Origin: an uncultured Alphaproteobacteria bacterium
GTDB taxonomy: Bacteria; Pseudomonadota; Alphaproteobacteria; Rhodobacterales; Rhodobacteraceae
Assembly: GCA_902560505.1 (NCBI GenBank)
Contig: CACELY010000001.1
Coordinates: 14,800-78,799, forward strand
DNA length: 64,000 bases
Direction of reading: 5' to 3'
The notes beneath the pieces were generated by a model. That model saw only the letters and a program-made list of their open reading frames with translations. It ran no database searches and was not told the DNA's origin. Below are positions 1-8,715 of the stretch, piece by piece. Within the stretch, counting starts at the first letter, position 1, and every line of letters begins with the position of its first letter. The translations under genes were made by a program, and so were the position numbers.

Positions 1-331
1 GTACTATTCCTTGCCTAATGTCGTCAACAGCATAGTAATGAATGCCAAAATCTCGTGCATTCTTATCCAGAGTTTCTAACTGTATACGACCTTCTTCACT
101 GCCAAAGTTGGTCAACCGATCAGATGTTGTAGCCACATTATGATCTGGGACCGCAATTGTTTTGTTAGGAGCTCGAACTTTCCTTCCAGCTTCTCTTAGA
201 CCCTCAAAAGCCTGGGGACTAGTAACTTCGTGCACCAAATGCCTATCAATGTATATCAGAGAAGTATCATTTTCTGATTGTATTAAATGGTTATCCCAAA
301 TTTTGTCATATAGAGTTCTACTTTTCGCCAT
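1..331 (-). CDS. leuC: 3-isopropylmalate dehydratase large subunit, N-terminal ~110 codons; gene runs off the window start
   Basis: Not in the ORF track because there is no stop in the window. Manual reverse translation from ATG at 331..329 gives [66 protein letters not shown]...[16 protein letters not shown]. This is the canonical LeuC N-terminus ([15 protein letters not shown]). Confidence 0.85.
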   Translation of the reverse strand, partial: MAKSRTLYDKIWDNHLIQSENDTSLIYIDRHLVHEVTSPQAFEGLREAGRKVRAPNKTIAVPDHNVATTSDRLTNFGSEEGRIQLETLDKNARDFGIHYYAVDDIRQGIV

Positions 332-473
332 AATTTTCATATCTAAATAAATTTCATATCAAAATCCAGAACTTTTTACTGTTTCAGATTTTTACAAGCT
401 TTAAGACATCAGCCACCTGTAATAGTAAACAAAATAAAAAGTCTTTTCTAGTTCCATAATTGCTTGTATTAGT

Positions 474-1112
474 ATGCGCATAAAGATTTATAATGTGAAA
501 GACTTAATGAAACTAGATATTAATAAAATCTCGGCATTCTATTCTAATAAGCTGGTTTTTAAGCTTGTTTTATGTATTGTGTTAAGTTTTTTGTTTTTGA
601 CAAAAAGTTCCTTTGGCCAGGATAACTTGCGTAAAGCAGAGAAAAGTTTTAGAGACTGGAGCGTTTTCGTATCGAAGGAGGACCCCAAAATGTGCTTCAT
701 TGCTTCTCAGTCTATCAAAGGTGAAGCGTTCAGAAATAATCAAAAACTCTCATCGGTTAATCGGGAAAAAGGGACATTGTATATAATAAAAATATTGAAT
801 AAAGAGAGCGAATACGAAGGAACATTTTATGCTGGGTATCCTTTACAAGTGGGGTCAAAAGCAGTTTTAGAAATTGATAATAAGGACAAGATTGTGTTTT
901 TTGCTCATCCATCGCCTAAAGCTAAAGCAGAAAAGGACCATGCATGGGCTCAAAAATTTGATCAAAAAAAATTAGTCACTTTTCTTAGGAAAGGTAGCAA
1001 GGCAGTAATGAGCGCTATATCTCATCGAAACACTGTAACGAAAGATACATTTATGTTAACAGGCTTTTCAGATGCCTTATCGGAATTAGAGAAGCGGTGC
1101 AAATTAAATTGA
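474..1112 (+). CDS. secreted protein, probable IalB (invasion-associated locus B) family
   Basis: 212 aa ORF. It has a signal-like hydrophobic N-terminus (KLVLCIVLSFLFLTKSSFGQ). DWSVF...MCFIASQ and the C-terminal LTGFSDALSEL pattern resemble IalB-family proteins. The start could be the internal ATG at 507. Confidence 0.5.
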   Translation: MRIKIYNVKDLMKLDINKISAFYSNKLVFKLVLCIVLSFLFLTKSSFGQDNLRKAEKSFRDWSVFVSKEDPKMCFIASQSIKGEAFRNNQKLSSVNREKGTLYIIKILNKESEYEGTFYAGYPLQVGSKAVLEIDNKDKIVFFAHPSPKAKAEKDHAWAQKFDQKKLVTFLRKGSKAVMSAISHRNTVTKDTFMLTGFSDALSELEKRCKLN

Positions 1113-2227
1113 CCTTACAATTGATTTCTCAAGAAAGTAACATCATAGGGCTCAGCAGAGACGAATTGCTCTCGCTCGTTTCAGAATTTGAATTTCAACC
1201 AAAAAGAGCATCTATGAGAGTAAATCAACTTTGGTCTTGGATCTATTGTCATGGAATGAGTTCATTTGATAATATGACAAATATCGATAAAAGTCTTCGG
1301 TCAAAACTGCAAAAAGTTTTTAATATTTCACGGCCAGCTATTGAAAAAAAAGAAATCAGCGACGACGGTACGATAAAATATCTATTCTGTTTAGAGGACC
1401 AAAGCAAAATAGAGACGGTATTTATCCCAGAAGAGAAAAGAAGCACTCTTTGCATTTCTTCACAAGTTGGTTGTACGTTGAACTGTTCATTCTGTCATAC
1501 TGGGACACAGAAATTGGTAAGGAATCTCTCAAGTCAAGAGATCGTAGGTCAAGTCATCGCAGTTTATGATGATCTAGGGCTTTGGGAGAAGAAGAGGGCG
1601 AACAGTAGTCATTCTTCTTGTTTCGAAATAATTACCAATATTGTTTTCATGGGAATGGGTGAACCTCTATTAAATTACGAAGAAGTAAAGAAAGCCTGTA
1701 TTATTTTGATGGACAACAAAGGATTGGATTTTTCAAGGAGGAGAATCACCTTATCAACAGCTGGTATTGTTCCTAAGATAAAGACGGCTCATGAGGAAAT
1801 TGGCTGTATGATCGCTGTAAGTCTTCACGCTACAGAAAATAAGACAAGGGATATTTTAGTTCCGATAAATAAAAAGTGGAATTTGGAACAGTTGCTCGGT
1901 TCCTTGAGAGATGACGTTAAGTTGCGCAATTCGGAACGAGTAACATTTGAATACGTTATGCTTGACGGGGTTAACGATACAAAAGAGGACGCACAAAGGT
2001 TAGTAAGATTACTACAAGGTCTTCCTTCTAAGATAAACTTAATACCGTTTAATAATTGGACTGGAAGTCAATATAAGCGTTCTTCCTTAGATAGAATAAA
2101 AGCGTTTAGAGATATTATAATCAAATCAAGATTACCAAGCCCAATTCGAAAACCTCGTGGAGAGGACATCATGGCTGCATGTGGCCAATTAAAATCTAAT
2201 TCTGTTAAAGAAAAAGCAAGTGTATGA
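1097..2227 (+). CDS. rlmN: 23S rRNA/tRNA (adenine-C2)-methyltransferase RlmN (radical SAM)
   Basis: 376 aa. Radical-SAM cluster motif GCTLNCSFCHTG, FMGMGEPLLN and C-terminal AACGQL. The start is GTG 1097, or TTG 1109 in a TTGA overlap with the upstream stop. Confidence 0.93.
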   Translation: MQIKLTLQLISQESNIIGLSRDELLSLVSEFEFQPKRASMRVNQLWSWIYCHGMSSFDNMTNIDKSLRSKLQKVFNISRPAIEKKEISDDGTIKYLFCLEDQSKIETVFIPEEKRSTLCISSQVGCTLNCSFCHTGTQKLVRNLSSQEIVGQVIAVYDDLGLWEKKRANSSHSSCFEIITNIVFMGMGEPLLNYEEVKKACIILMDNKGLDFSRRRITLSTAGIVPKIKTAHEEIGCMIAVSLHATENKTRDILVPINKKWNLEQLLGSLRDDVKLRNSERVTFEYVMLDGVNDTKEDAQRLVRLLQGLPSKINLIPFNNWTGSQYKRSSLDRIKAFRDIIIKSRLPSPIRKPRGEDIMAACGQLKSNSVKEKASV

Positions 2228-2724
2228 AAAAAATTAGCAAAAGACGCTTTTTTTTGTTTTCAATTCTATTTCCTTTTATTTTTTTTAAACCTTCATGGGG
2301 TCATCCTAAAAAGCCAAATTTATTGGTGGTATGGAAAAAAAAGAGAGTTCTAGCCCTTTACAGAAACAGTAAAGTAATAAAAGCCTATAGAATTCGTTTA
2401 GGGTTCAGTCCTCAGGGTCAGAAAGAAAAAGAAGGAGATGGTAGAACCCCAGAGGGTAAATACTACATTACACACAAAAACCCGAACAGTAAATTTTACT
2501 TAAGTCTTGGAATAAACTTTCCTAATCAATCCGACAAAAAAAGAGCTCTTCAAAGAGGCCTCAATCCTGGTAGTGACATTTTTATTCATGGGCTAGGAAA
2601 AAAAAATATCCTGTTGCACTATTTTTTTGACTGGACTGAGGGTTGCATTGCGGTGACAAATAAAGAAATAGAGGAAATTTATGGTTTGGTTGAACCTGGT
2701 ACCATTATCTACATTTATGCTTAA
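2224..2724 (+). CDS. L,D-transpeptidase (YkuD domain) with signal peptide
   Basis: 166 aa. Hydrophobic N-terminus. YkuD catalytic signature IFIHG...TEGCIAV. ATGA overlap with the rlmN stop. Confidence 0.8.
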   Translation: MKKISKRRFFLFSILFPFIFFKPSWGHPKKPNLLVVWKKKRVLALYRNSKVIKAYRIRLGFSPQGQKEKEGDGRTPEGKYYITHKNPNSKFYLSLGINFPNQSDKKRALQRGLNPGSDIFIHGLGKKNILLHYFFDWTEGCIAVTNKEIEEIYGLVEPGTIIYIYA

Positions 2725-2738
2725 ACCTAAACTCTTGA

Positions 2739-3239
2739 CTAAGACTTGCCAATCATCTGCACCCACCAAACTTTTCCAGTGCTGTCCTGATACCAACTAA
2801 GCCCTAGATCGGTCGCAGTGGGGTCCAGAATAATTTCTCTGCCAATTTTACTTTTGAACCAGACATTCAATACATCATACTCACCCTCATACGTCTCGGA
2901 AACGTTTTCACCAAGAACTAAGCCCTTAAAACCTGCAATTTTTGCCCGATCTATCGCTGAGGATGCATCTGAACCGTAGTTCCAGGCTCGCTGTTGTCTG
3001 GCTATGTCAAAAGCGTGTGTCTTCGATGCTGCTGAAAGACTGGATGAGTACTTTAGTGAAGATCTTCCGTTTTCCAGTCTTAAGGCATTAACCATTTCTA
3101 GGTGTCTTGATTTTAGAGCGGTCATGTTAAAGCTAGAAATAACCCCTGACTTTGAGTAACCACGGTAGACGTCTGTATTTGTACCAGCACATCCTACTAA
3201 AGTAGCCAGAAGCAGTATTTTTAATATAATATTGTTCAT
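2739..3239 (-). CDS. CAP/SCP-domain lipoprotein (YkwD-like)
   Basis: 166 aa. Lipobox LLATLVGCAG. CAP-domain-like MVNALRLENGRSSLKYSSSLSAASKTHAFD...GENV core. Confidence 0.65.
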   Translation of the reverse strand: MNNIILKILLLATLVGCAGTNTDVYRGYSKSGVISSFNMTALKSRHLEMVNALRLENGRSSLKYSSSLSAASKTHAFDIARQQRAWNYGSDASSAIDRAKIAGFKGLVLGENVSETYEGEYDVLNVWFKSKIGREIILDPTATDLGLSWYQDSTGKVWWVQMIGKS

Positions 3240-3347
3240 ATATATATATAGGTCTTTTGTTCTAATGTTCGAAAATACTACGTCAATTTTTTATTCATGC
3301 GCAATTAGTTGTTTTATAGTAAATAAATTTCAACTATTAATGTAAAA

Positions 3348-3926
3348 ATGACCAAAGCAGTCTCAAACATATTAATATTATCGCTACTATTATTTGTTTA
3401 TGCAGTAATAAGCAACCCTATTATTGCTCAGACAGCAGTAGAATTTGGTAAAGATGGAAAACCAAAACACAATATTTTCTCATTCAGAGTACAAACTTGG
3501 CAGGATCATTTTAAGGATTTGAATAAAGGGGCAGTACTCGTTGACACCAAAACGCGATCATTACATTATTGGAGTAAAAATGGAATAGAGTATAAGGTCT
3601 TTCCAACCTCCGTCCCCCTAAATGAAGAATTGACACGACTCGGGTATACAAAAATTACAAAAAAAGTAATTGGACCTGAATGGAGGCCTACAAAAAAAAT
3701 GAGGAAAAGAGATCCTAAGCTCCCTGAGTTTATGCCTCCGGGCCCTGATAACCCTCTGGGATCCCACGCACTTTATCTAAGTTGGCCAAGTTATCGTATT
3801 CATGGAACAAGCGATACTAGAAAAATTGGAAGGCAAAGCTCCTCTGGATGCATTGGGTTGTATAATGAACAAATTGAAGAGCTCTTCAATTTAGTCGAGA
3901 TTGGAACGCCTGTTAGAATTCTTTAG
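3348..3926 (+). CDS. L,D-transpeptidase (YkuD domain), secreted
   Basis: 192 aa. Signal-like N-terminus. YkuD signature YRIHGTSDTRKIGRQSSSGCIGL. Confidence 0.85.
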   Translation: MTKAVSNILILSLLLFVYAVISNPIIAQTAVEFGKDGKPKHNIFSFRVQTWQDHFKDLNKGAVLVDTKTRSLHYWSKNGIEYKVFPTSVPLNEELTRLGYTKITKKVIGPEWRPTKKMRKRDPKLPEFMPPGPDNPLGSHALYLSWPSYRIHGTSDTRKIGRQSSSGCIGLYNEQIEELFNLVEIGTPVRIL

Positions 3927-4794
3927 AATTATTGTGGATCGCAAAGAGCCCCTCTTTATATGAGGGAAAAGTAAATTTATACCCCAATTCATCTTTGAGC
4001 CTCGTGTTTGATACTTTTTTTTCTTCTTTATAAAAGCTTCTCGCCATTTCACTGACCAAATCACTTTCCAAACTGACTGTCTGTGGGCATTTCTTTTTAA
4101 GTAAACTTGCCGCAAATTGTGCTACTTCCAATTGCGTTGCAGGAAAATCGTCAGACAAGTTAAAGATCTTAGCTTCCGATTTAGACCTTATAGCCATCTC
4201 GATAACGCCTACTATATCGTCAACATGAATTCTGTTAAACAGATGATCTGGTTTATTGACTATATAAACGCTTTCATTTGCCAATAAACGATCGATCAGA
4301 CTTCTTCCTGGCCCATATATACCTGCCAACCTGAAAATCATAGTTCTTATGGAAAATTTTTCTCCAAATCTTAGCCAAGATTTTTCGGCCACAACTCTTG
4401 AAATACTTCTCTCTAGATTGGGTTCGAGTACTGTATCCTCTGTAACCCAACCACCTTTTTTATCTCCATAAACACTAGTTGTTGACAGATATCCTGCCCA
4501 TTTTATTCTTTCGCAATTTTTTTTGAATAAATACCCGTAATTCTCAATGACTGGATCCTTACCATTTTCTGGTGGAGCCGTGCTCAAAATATATGAATTC
4601 TTGCTGAGGATACTCTTAATTTTTTCTTCATCATCGAAAAAAACTGGTGTGGCATTAAGTGATTTAATTTCTTTGGCCTTTTCCTTAAATCTCGACGTAC
4701 AAAACACCTCCCAATTTTTTTTTGAGAATTTCTGACACATAAATTTAGCTGTGTAACCAAAGCCAAAAATTAATAATATATTTTTCTCATTCAT
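3913..4794 (-). CDS. NAD(P)-binding SDR/epimerase-family oxidoreductase
   Basis: 293 aa. Degenerate Rossmann N-terminus ILLIFGFGYTAKF, YGDKKG...PGR and extended-SDR-like layout. The 3' end overlaps the convergent L,D-transpeptidase by 14 nt. Confidence 0.6.
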   Translation of the reverse strand: MNEKNILLIFGFGYTAKFMCQKFSKKNWEVFCTSRFKEKAKEIKSLNATPVFFDDEEKIKSILSKNSYILSTAPPENGKDPVIENYGYLFKKNCERIKWAGYLSTTSVYGDKKGGWVTEDTVLEPNLERSISRVVAEKSWLRFGEKFSIRTMIFRLAGIYGPGRSLIDRLLANESVYIVNKPDHLFNRIHVDDIVGVIEMAIRSKSEAKIFNLSDDFPATQLEVAQFAASLLKKKCPQTVSLESDLVSEMARSFYKEEKKVSNTRLKDELGYKFTFPSYKEGLFAIHNNSKEF

Positions 4795-5827
4795 TTTTTT
4801 TTAACTCAGAAATAGACCAAATAGCTGCCTCAGATATAAAGTCTACAGAATGATTTCCAAACCCCTCTAGTAATTTTATGTATTCTTTTTTTCCACTATT
4901 TCCCATTGCGTATATTACATTTCTTAAAAATCTAACTGATCCTAATCTTTTTATAGCTGTTCCACTAAAATAATTCCTGAAGTCACCATCTGAAAAGGTT
5001 AGAGCTTTCTCCAAAGCTAAGTCAGAAAAAGTTTCTCTATAATTCTCATTTCTGCTGATCTGTGCAAATTTATTCCAGGGACAGACAGCTAAACAATCAT
5101 CGCATCCAAAAACCCTGTTACCAATTAATGATCTAAATTCTTTATCTATAGCACCCTTGTGTTCGATAGTGAGATACGCGATGCATTTTCTAGCATCTAG
5201 CTTATATGCACCCTCAAAAGCATTAGTGGGACAAATATCCAAGCACTTGGTACAAGATCCACAATTATCTTGCTCTGGTTCATCTGCAGGTAATGATTTA
5301 TCTATGTACATTACACCGATAAAAAACCAATTTCCCATATTTCTACTCACCAAATTTGTATGTTTGCCTTGCCAACCCAAACCAGATAATTGTGCTAAAG
5401 GCTTTTCCATAACAGGGGCAGTATCGACAAATATTTTTAGCTCACAATCTAATCTTTTTTTTACCCAAGAGGCTACGATCTTTAGCTTAGATTTGACTAC
5501 TTTGTGATAATCTCTTTTCGTAGCATACACTGAGATATTAGATAATTCTTTATTCACCAATTTTTTTAAAGGGTCTTCTGCCGGCGTATAGTCATCTGTA
5601 AATACCAAAATTGATTTAACACTTGGCCATAAATTTTCCGGTGCTATTCGTTCGTTGATCCTTTTCTCCAACCAATCCATACCAGCATTCCAATCATTTT
5701 TAATGAAGTCCCTAAATTTTTCTTTTGTTTTTTGATCAACCTTGCGAGGATTGGTAATACCAACGGCAGAAAAGCCTGCATCAGAAGCTATCTGCTGAAG
5801 TTGTGATTTAAAATCAAATATTTCCAT
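4787..5827 (-). CDS. queG: tRNA epoxyqueuosine(34) reductase QueG
   Basis: 346 aa. Two 4Fe-4S motifs (CGSCTKCLDICPTNAF and CDDCLAVCPWNKF) plus the C-terminal HEAT-like tail typical of QueG. Confidence 0.9.
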   Translation of the reverse strand: MEIFDFKSQLQQIASDAGFSAVGITNPRKVDQKTKEKFRDFIKNDWNAGMDWLEKRINERIAPENLWPSVKSILVFTDDYTPAEDPLKKLVNKELSNISVYATKRDYHKVVKSKLKIVASWVKKRLDCELKIFVDTAPVMEKPLAQLSGLGWQGKHTNLVSRNMGNWFFIGVMYIDKSLPADEPEQDNCGSCTKCLDICPTNAFEGAYKLDARKCIAYLTIEHKGAIDKEFRSLIGNRVFGCDDCLAVCPWNKFAQISRNENYRETFSDLALEKALTFSDGDFRNYFSGTAIKRLGSVRFLRNVIYAMGNSGKKEYIKLLEGFGNHSVDFISEAAIWSISELKKNE

Positions 5828-5828
5828 A

Positions 5829-6500
5829 CTAAAAATCTAAGTCACTATAGTGACCTGCCGGCACAAAGCCGGGAACTAAGTCGGTTAGCAACCCTGCATT
5901 TCTAAAAGCAGGCCTCGATTTAATTTTTGCATACCATTCTTTTATTATTGGCTTAGACTGCCAGTCAATATCTCCTATGTAATCTAGTGCCGAAATATGT
6001 CCAGCAGCTGAAAAATCAGCTAATGACATTTTCTCCCCAGCTACCCAATTTCTTTTTTCCAAAAGCCATTCCAAATAATCAAAATGAAACTTTATTTTCT
6101 TAAGGCCTTCTTTTATTGCACCACTATCAGGTTGACCTATTTTAAAAATCTTTTTGTACACTCTCTCATTAAGTAAGTTTTTTGTAACTTCATTATAAAA
6201 TTTATCGTCGAACCAAGAGGTTACCCTGCGCGTCTCGAACCTTAGCTTCTTATCGGCCGGAATGAGTTTTGGAATTGGGTGAGATTCATCTAAATACTCA
6301 CATATGGGAGTGCTTTCCGTAAATACATTAGCTCCTTCTTTTAATAATGGCACTTTACCGGAAGGACTAAATCTTATGAAATCCAATCTTTTTTCCCAAA
6401 CGGGTTCATCAATTAATTCAACTTCGAGTTTTTTTTCTGCCAAAACCAGCCTTACTTTTCGACAAAATGGTGAGAGCGCTAAATGGTGGAGTTTTCTCAT
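5829..6500 (-). CDS. glutathione S-transferase family protein
   Basis: 223 aa. GST N-terminal thioredoxin-like fold (SPFCRKVRLVLAEKKLEVELI...KVPLL...ESTPICEYLDE) and a helical C-terminal domain. Confidence 0.8.
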   Translation of the reverse strand: MRKLHHLALSPFCRKVRLVLAEKKLEVELIDEPVWEKRLDFIRFSPSGKVPLLKEGANVFTESTPICEYLDESHPIPKLIPADKKLRFETRRVTSWFDDKFYNEVTKNLLNERVYKKIFKIGQPDSGAIKEGLKKIKFHFDYLEWLLEKRNWVAGEKMSLADFSAAGHISALDYIGDIDWQSKPIIKEWYAKIKSRPAFRNAGLLTDLVPGFVPAGHYSDLDF

Positions 6501-6532
6501 AGTTAGTAAACCTTACTCTAATCCATTTATAA

Positions 6533-7219
6533 TTATAAAAAACAGCTTGCTCTGTCATCTTTTTTTAGGATCTTGATATCTTTTTTTAATCGTGAAATTC
6601 TTACTGTAAGATTAGACTGCAGGTTTTTGGGGCTTCGAGTCTTTGGATTTGGAAGCGTCAATGCAATTCGGACTGATTGCTCTCTGGTGAGTTTGTTTGC
6701 TGGCTTTTTATAATACTTATCTGAAGCTTGATTTACACCAAATGTCAACAGGCTTGTCTCAACAGTGTTTAGATATATTTCGAGAATTCTTCTTTTTGGA
6801 AGAATGATCTCTATCAAAAAGGTAAAATACAATTCTATAATTTTTCTTGACCAAGATCTTCCAGACCACAAAAAAAGATTTTTCGCAAGTTGTTGAGTTA
6901 TCGTTGACGCGCCTCTTTTTTCCTTTCTTGTAATTACTTTGTGAATCTCCTTTATATCTAATCCTAAATGGTTACAAAAATTAGAATCCTCTGTTGCTAC
7001 CACTGAAAGGGCGATATTTTCGCCCATATTTGAAATTGAGGTCCAACTGTAATCTATTTTTCTTTGAAAGAAATTGCTTTCCGAAACCATAAAGCTAGTA
7101 AAAGGAGGATTAAAAAATCTAAGTAAAAGAACGATTGACACGGACAAGAATATAAAGAGCACACATAATAGTTTAATAATTCTGGTAGTTTTGTATGCTA
7201 GATTTTTGATAACGCACAC
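6533..7219 (-). CDS. mtgA: monofunctional biosynthetic peptidoglycan transglycosylase
   Basis: 228 aa. N-terminal TM segment. GT51 motifs EDSNFCNHLGLD and RGASTITQQLAKNLFL. Confidence 0.9.
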   Translation of the reverse strand: MCVIKNLAYKTTRIIKLLCVLFIFLSVSIVLLLRFFNPPFTSFMVSESNFFQRKIDYSWTSISNMGENIALSVVATEDSNFCNHLGLDIKEIHKVITRKEKRGASTITQQLAKNLFLWSGRSWSRKIIELYFTFLIEIILPKRRILEIYLNTVETSLLTFGVNQASDKYYKKPANKLTREQSVRIALTLPNPKTRSPKNLQSNLTVRISRLKKDIKILKKDDRASCFL

Positions 7220-7251
7220 AAAATATAATTTAAATAGGACAATTTTTTTCC

Positions 7252-8685
7252 TTAGTCTGACAGACTACTATAGCCCATCAATGCCTTGTCTACTGATTTC
7301 GCAACTTGCCTGCCCTCTCTTATTGCCCACACAACAAGAGACTGACCGCGTCGCATGTCACCAGCTACCCACAATTTATCAAGAGAGGTTTTGTAAGATT
7401 TATCATCCGCTAACACATTTCCACGCTTATCCAGGGATACTTCAGTATTTTTAAAAATCCTATCTGTAATGGGTGAAACGAAACCCATGGCCAGTAATAC
7501 CAAATCCGCTTTAATTACAAACTCAGAGTTTTCAATTTTTTCAAATTTCTCATTTACCCTAATACAATTTAAAGAGCTGACTTTACCATCTTCAACCCCA
7601 AAAGATGTTGTTAATACTGAAAATTCTCTATCTGCTCCCTCTTCTTGACTCGAAGAGGTTCTCATCTTGAGAGGCCAATTTGGCCATGTTAGCAACTTGT
7701 CTTCCCTTTCAGGCGGAGCAGGCATAATCTCTAGCTGCGTTACAGACAATGCACCTTGGCGAATTGATGTTCCTATGCAATCGGAACCGGTATCGCCTCC
7801 ACCAATAACAACGACATGTTTACCATCTGCTGTTATCTCTTCCAAACCCTCGAGTGTCTCTTTGCCTACCCTTCTGTTTTGCTGAGGTAAAAAATCCATG
7901 GCGAAATGAATCCCGTCCGCGTTACGCCCTTCAATGTCTAGGTCACGTGGTTTTTCAGACCCACAGGCTAGGATCAGAGCATCGTACTCCTTTATCATAT
8001 CATTAATTTCGATATCTACACCTAACTCCACACCACATTGGAAGTAAACTCCCTCGGCTGATAATTGCTCTAGTCTTCTGTCGATATGAGTTTTTTCCAT
8101 TTTAAAATCAGGAATTCCATATCTAAGGAGACCGCCCATCTTTTTATTTTTTTCATAAATTATTACATTATGACCTGCTCTGGCTAATTGTTGAGCAGCT
8201 GCAAGCCCTGCTGGGCCAGACCCAATTATTCCTATTTTTTTATTTGTCTTGTTTTGATTTATTTGTGGTTTTATCCATCCATTGTCCCATGCCTTATCAA
8301 CTATAGAACATTCTATGGATTTTATTGTTACCGGACTATCAACAATATTTAGAGTACATGAAGCTTCGCATGGTGCAGGGCATATTCTTCCCGTGAATTC
8401 TGGAAAATTATTGGTTGAATGTAAGTCTTTAGAGGCCTGTTCCCATTCACCCCTATAAACCAAATCATTCCAATCCGGGATCTGATTATTAACGGGACAC
8501 CCTTTCAAGCCCTTCATGTCATGACAAAAAGGAATCCCACATTCCATACATCTGCTGGCTTGGTCTCTTATGACCTCCTCTGGAAGAGGTACTATAAACT
8601 CCTTAAAATTTCTTATTCTGTCTGATGCAGGCCTATATTTCCTATCTTGCCTATCTATTTCTAAAAATCCAGTAACCTTTCCCAT
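7252..8685 (-). CDS. gltD: glutamate synthase small (beta) subunit
   Basis: 477 aa. N-terminal Fe-S cysteines ([20 protein letters not shown]). Two dinucleotide folds ([27 protein letters not shown]). Confidence 0.95.
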   Translation of the reverse strand: MGKVTGFLEIDRQDRKYRPASDRIRNFKEFIVPLPEEVIRDQASRCMECGIPFCHDMKGLKGCPVNNQIPDWNDLVYRGEWEQASKDLHSTNNFPEFTGRICPAPCEASCTLNIVDSPVTIKSIECSIVDKAWDNGWIKPQINQNKTNKKIGIIGSGPAGLAAAQQLARAGHNVIIYEKNKKMGGLLRYGIPDFKMEKTHIDRRLEQLSAEGVYFQCGVELGVDIEINDMIKEYDALILACGSEKPRDLDIEGRNADGIHFAMDFLPQQNRRVGKETLEGLEEITADGKHVVVIGGGDTGSDCIGTSIRQGALSVTQLEIMPAPPEREDKLLTWPNWPLKMRTSSSQEEGADREFSVLTTSFGVEDGKVSSLNCIRVNEKFEKIENSEFVIKADLVLLAMGFVSPITDRIFKNTEVSLDKRGNVLADDKSYKTSLDKLWVAGDMRRGQSLVVWAIREGRQVAKSVDKALMGYSSLSD

Positions 8686-8715
8686 CTCAACTTCCCTTAT
8701 ATTCTAAATTAGAGG

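Noticed and set aside
162-350. 62-aa plus-strand ORF at the window start
   Set aside because: It lies entirely antisense to a clear LeuC N-terminal coding region (1..331, minus). It is a shadow ORF.
3239-3250. Short (TA)n run in the divergent CAP/L,D-transpeptidase promoter gap
   Set aside because: It has only about 5-6 repeat units, which is expected in AT-rich intergenic DNA. I found no evidence of phase-variable function.
7944-7949. CACGTG core inside gltD as a possible third parS
   Set aside because: The flanks (TAGGT/GTTTT) do not match the TGTTT/AAACA arms of parS.
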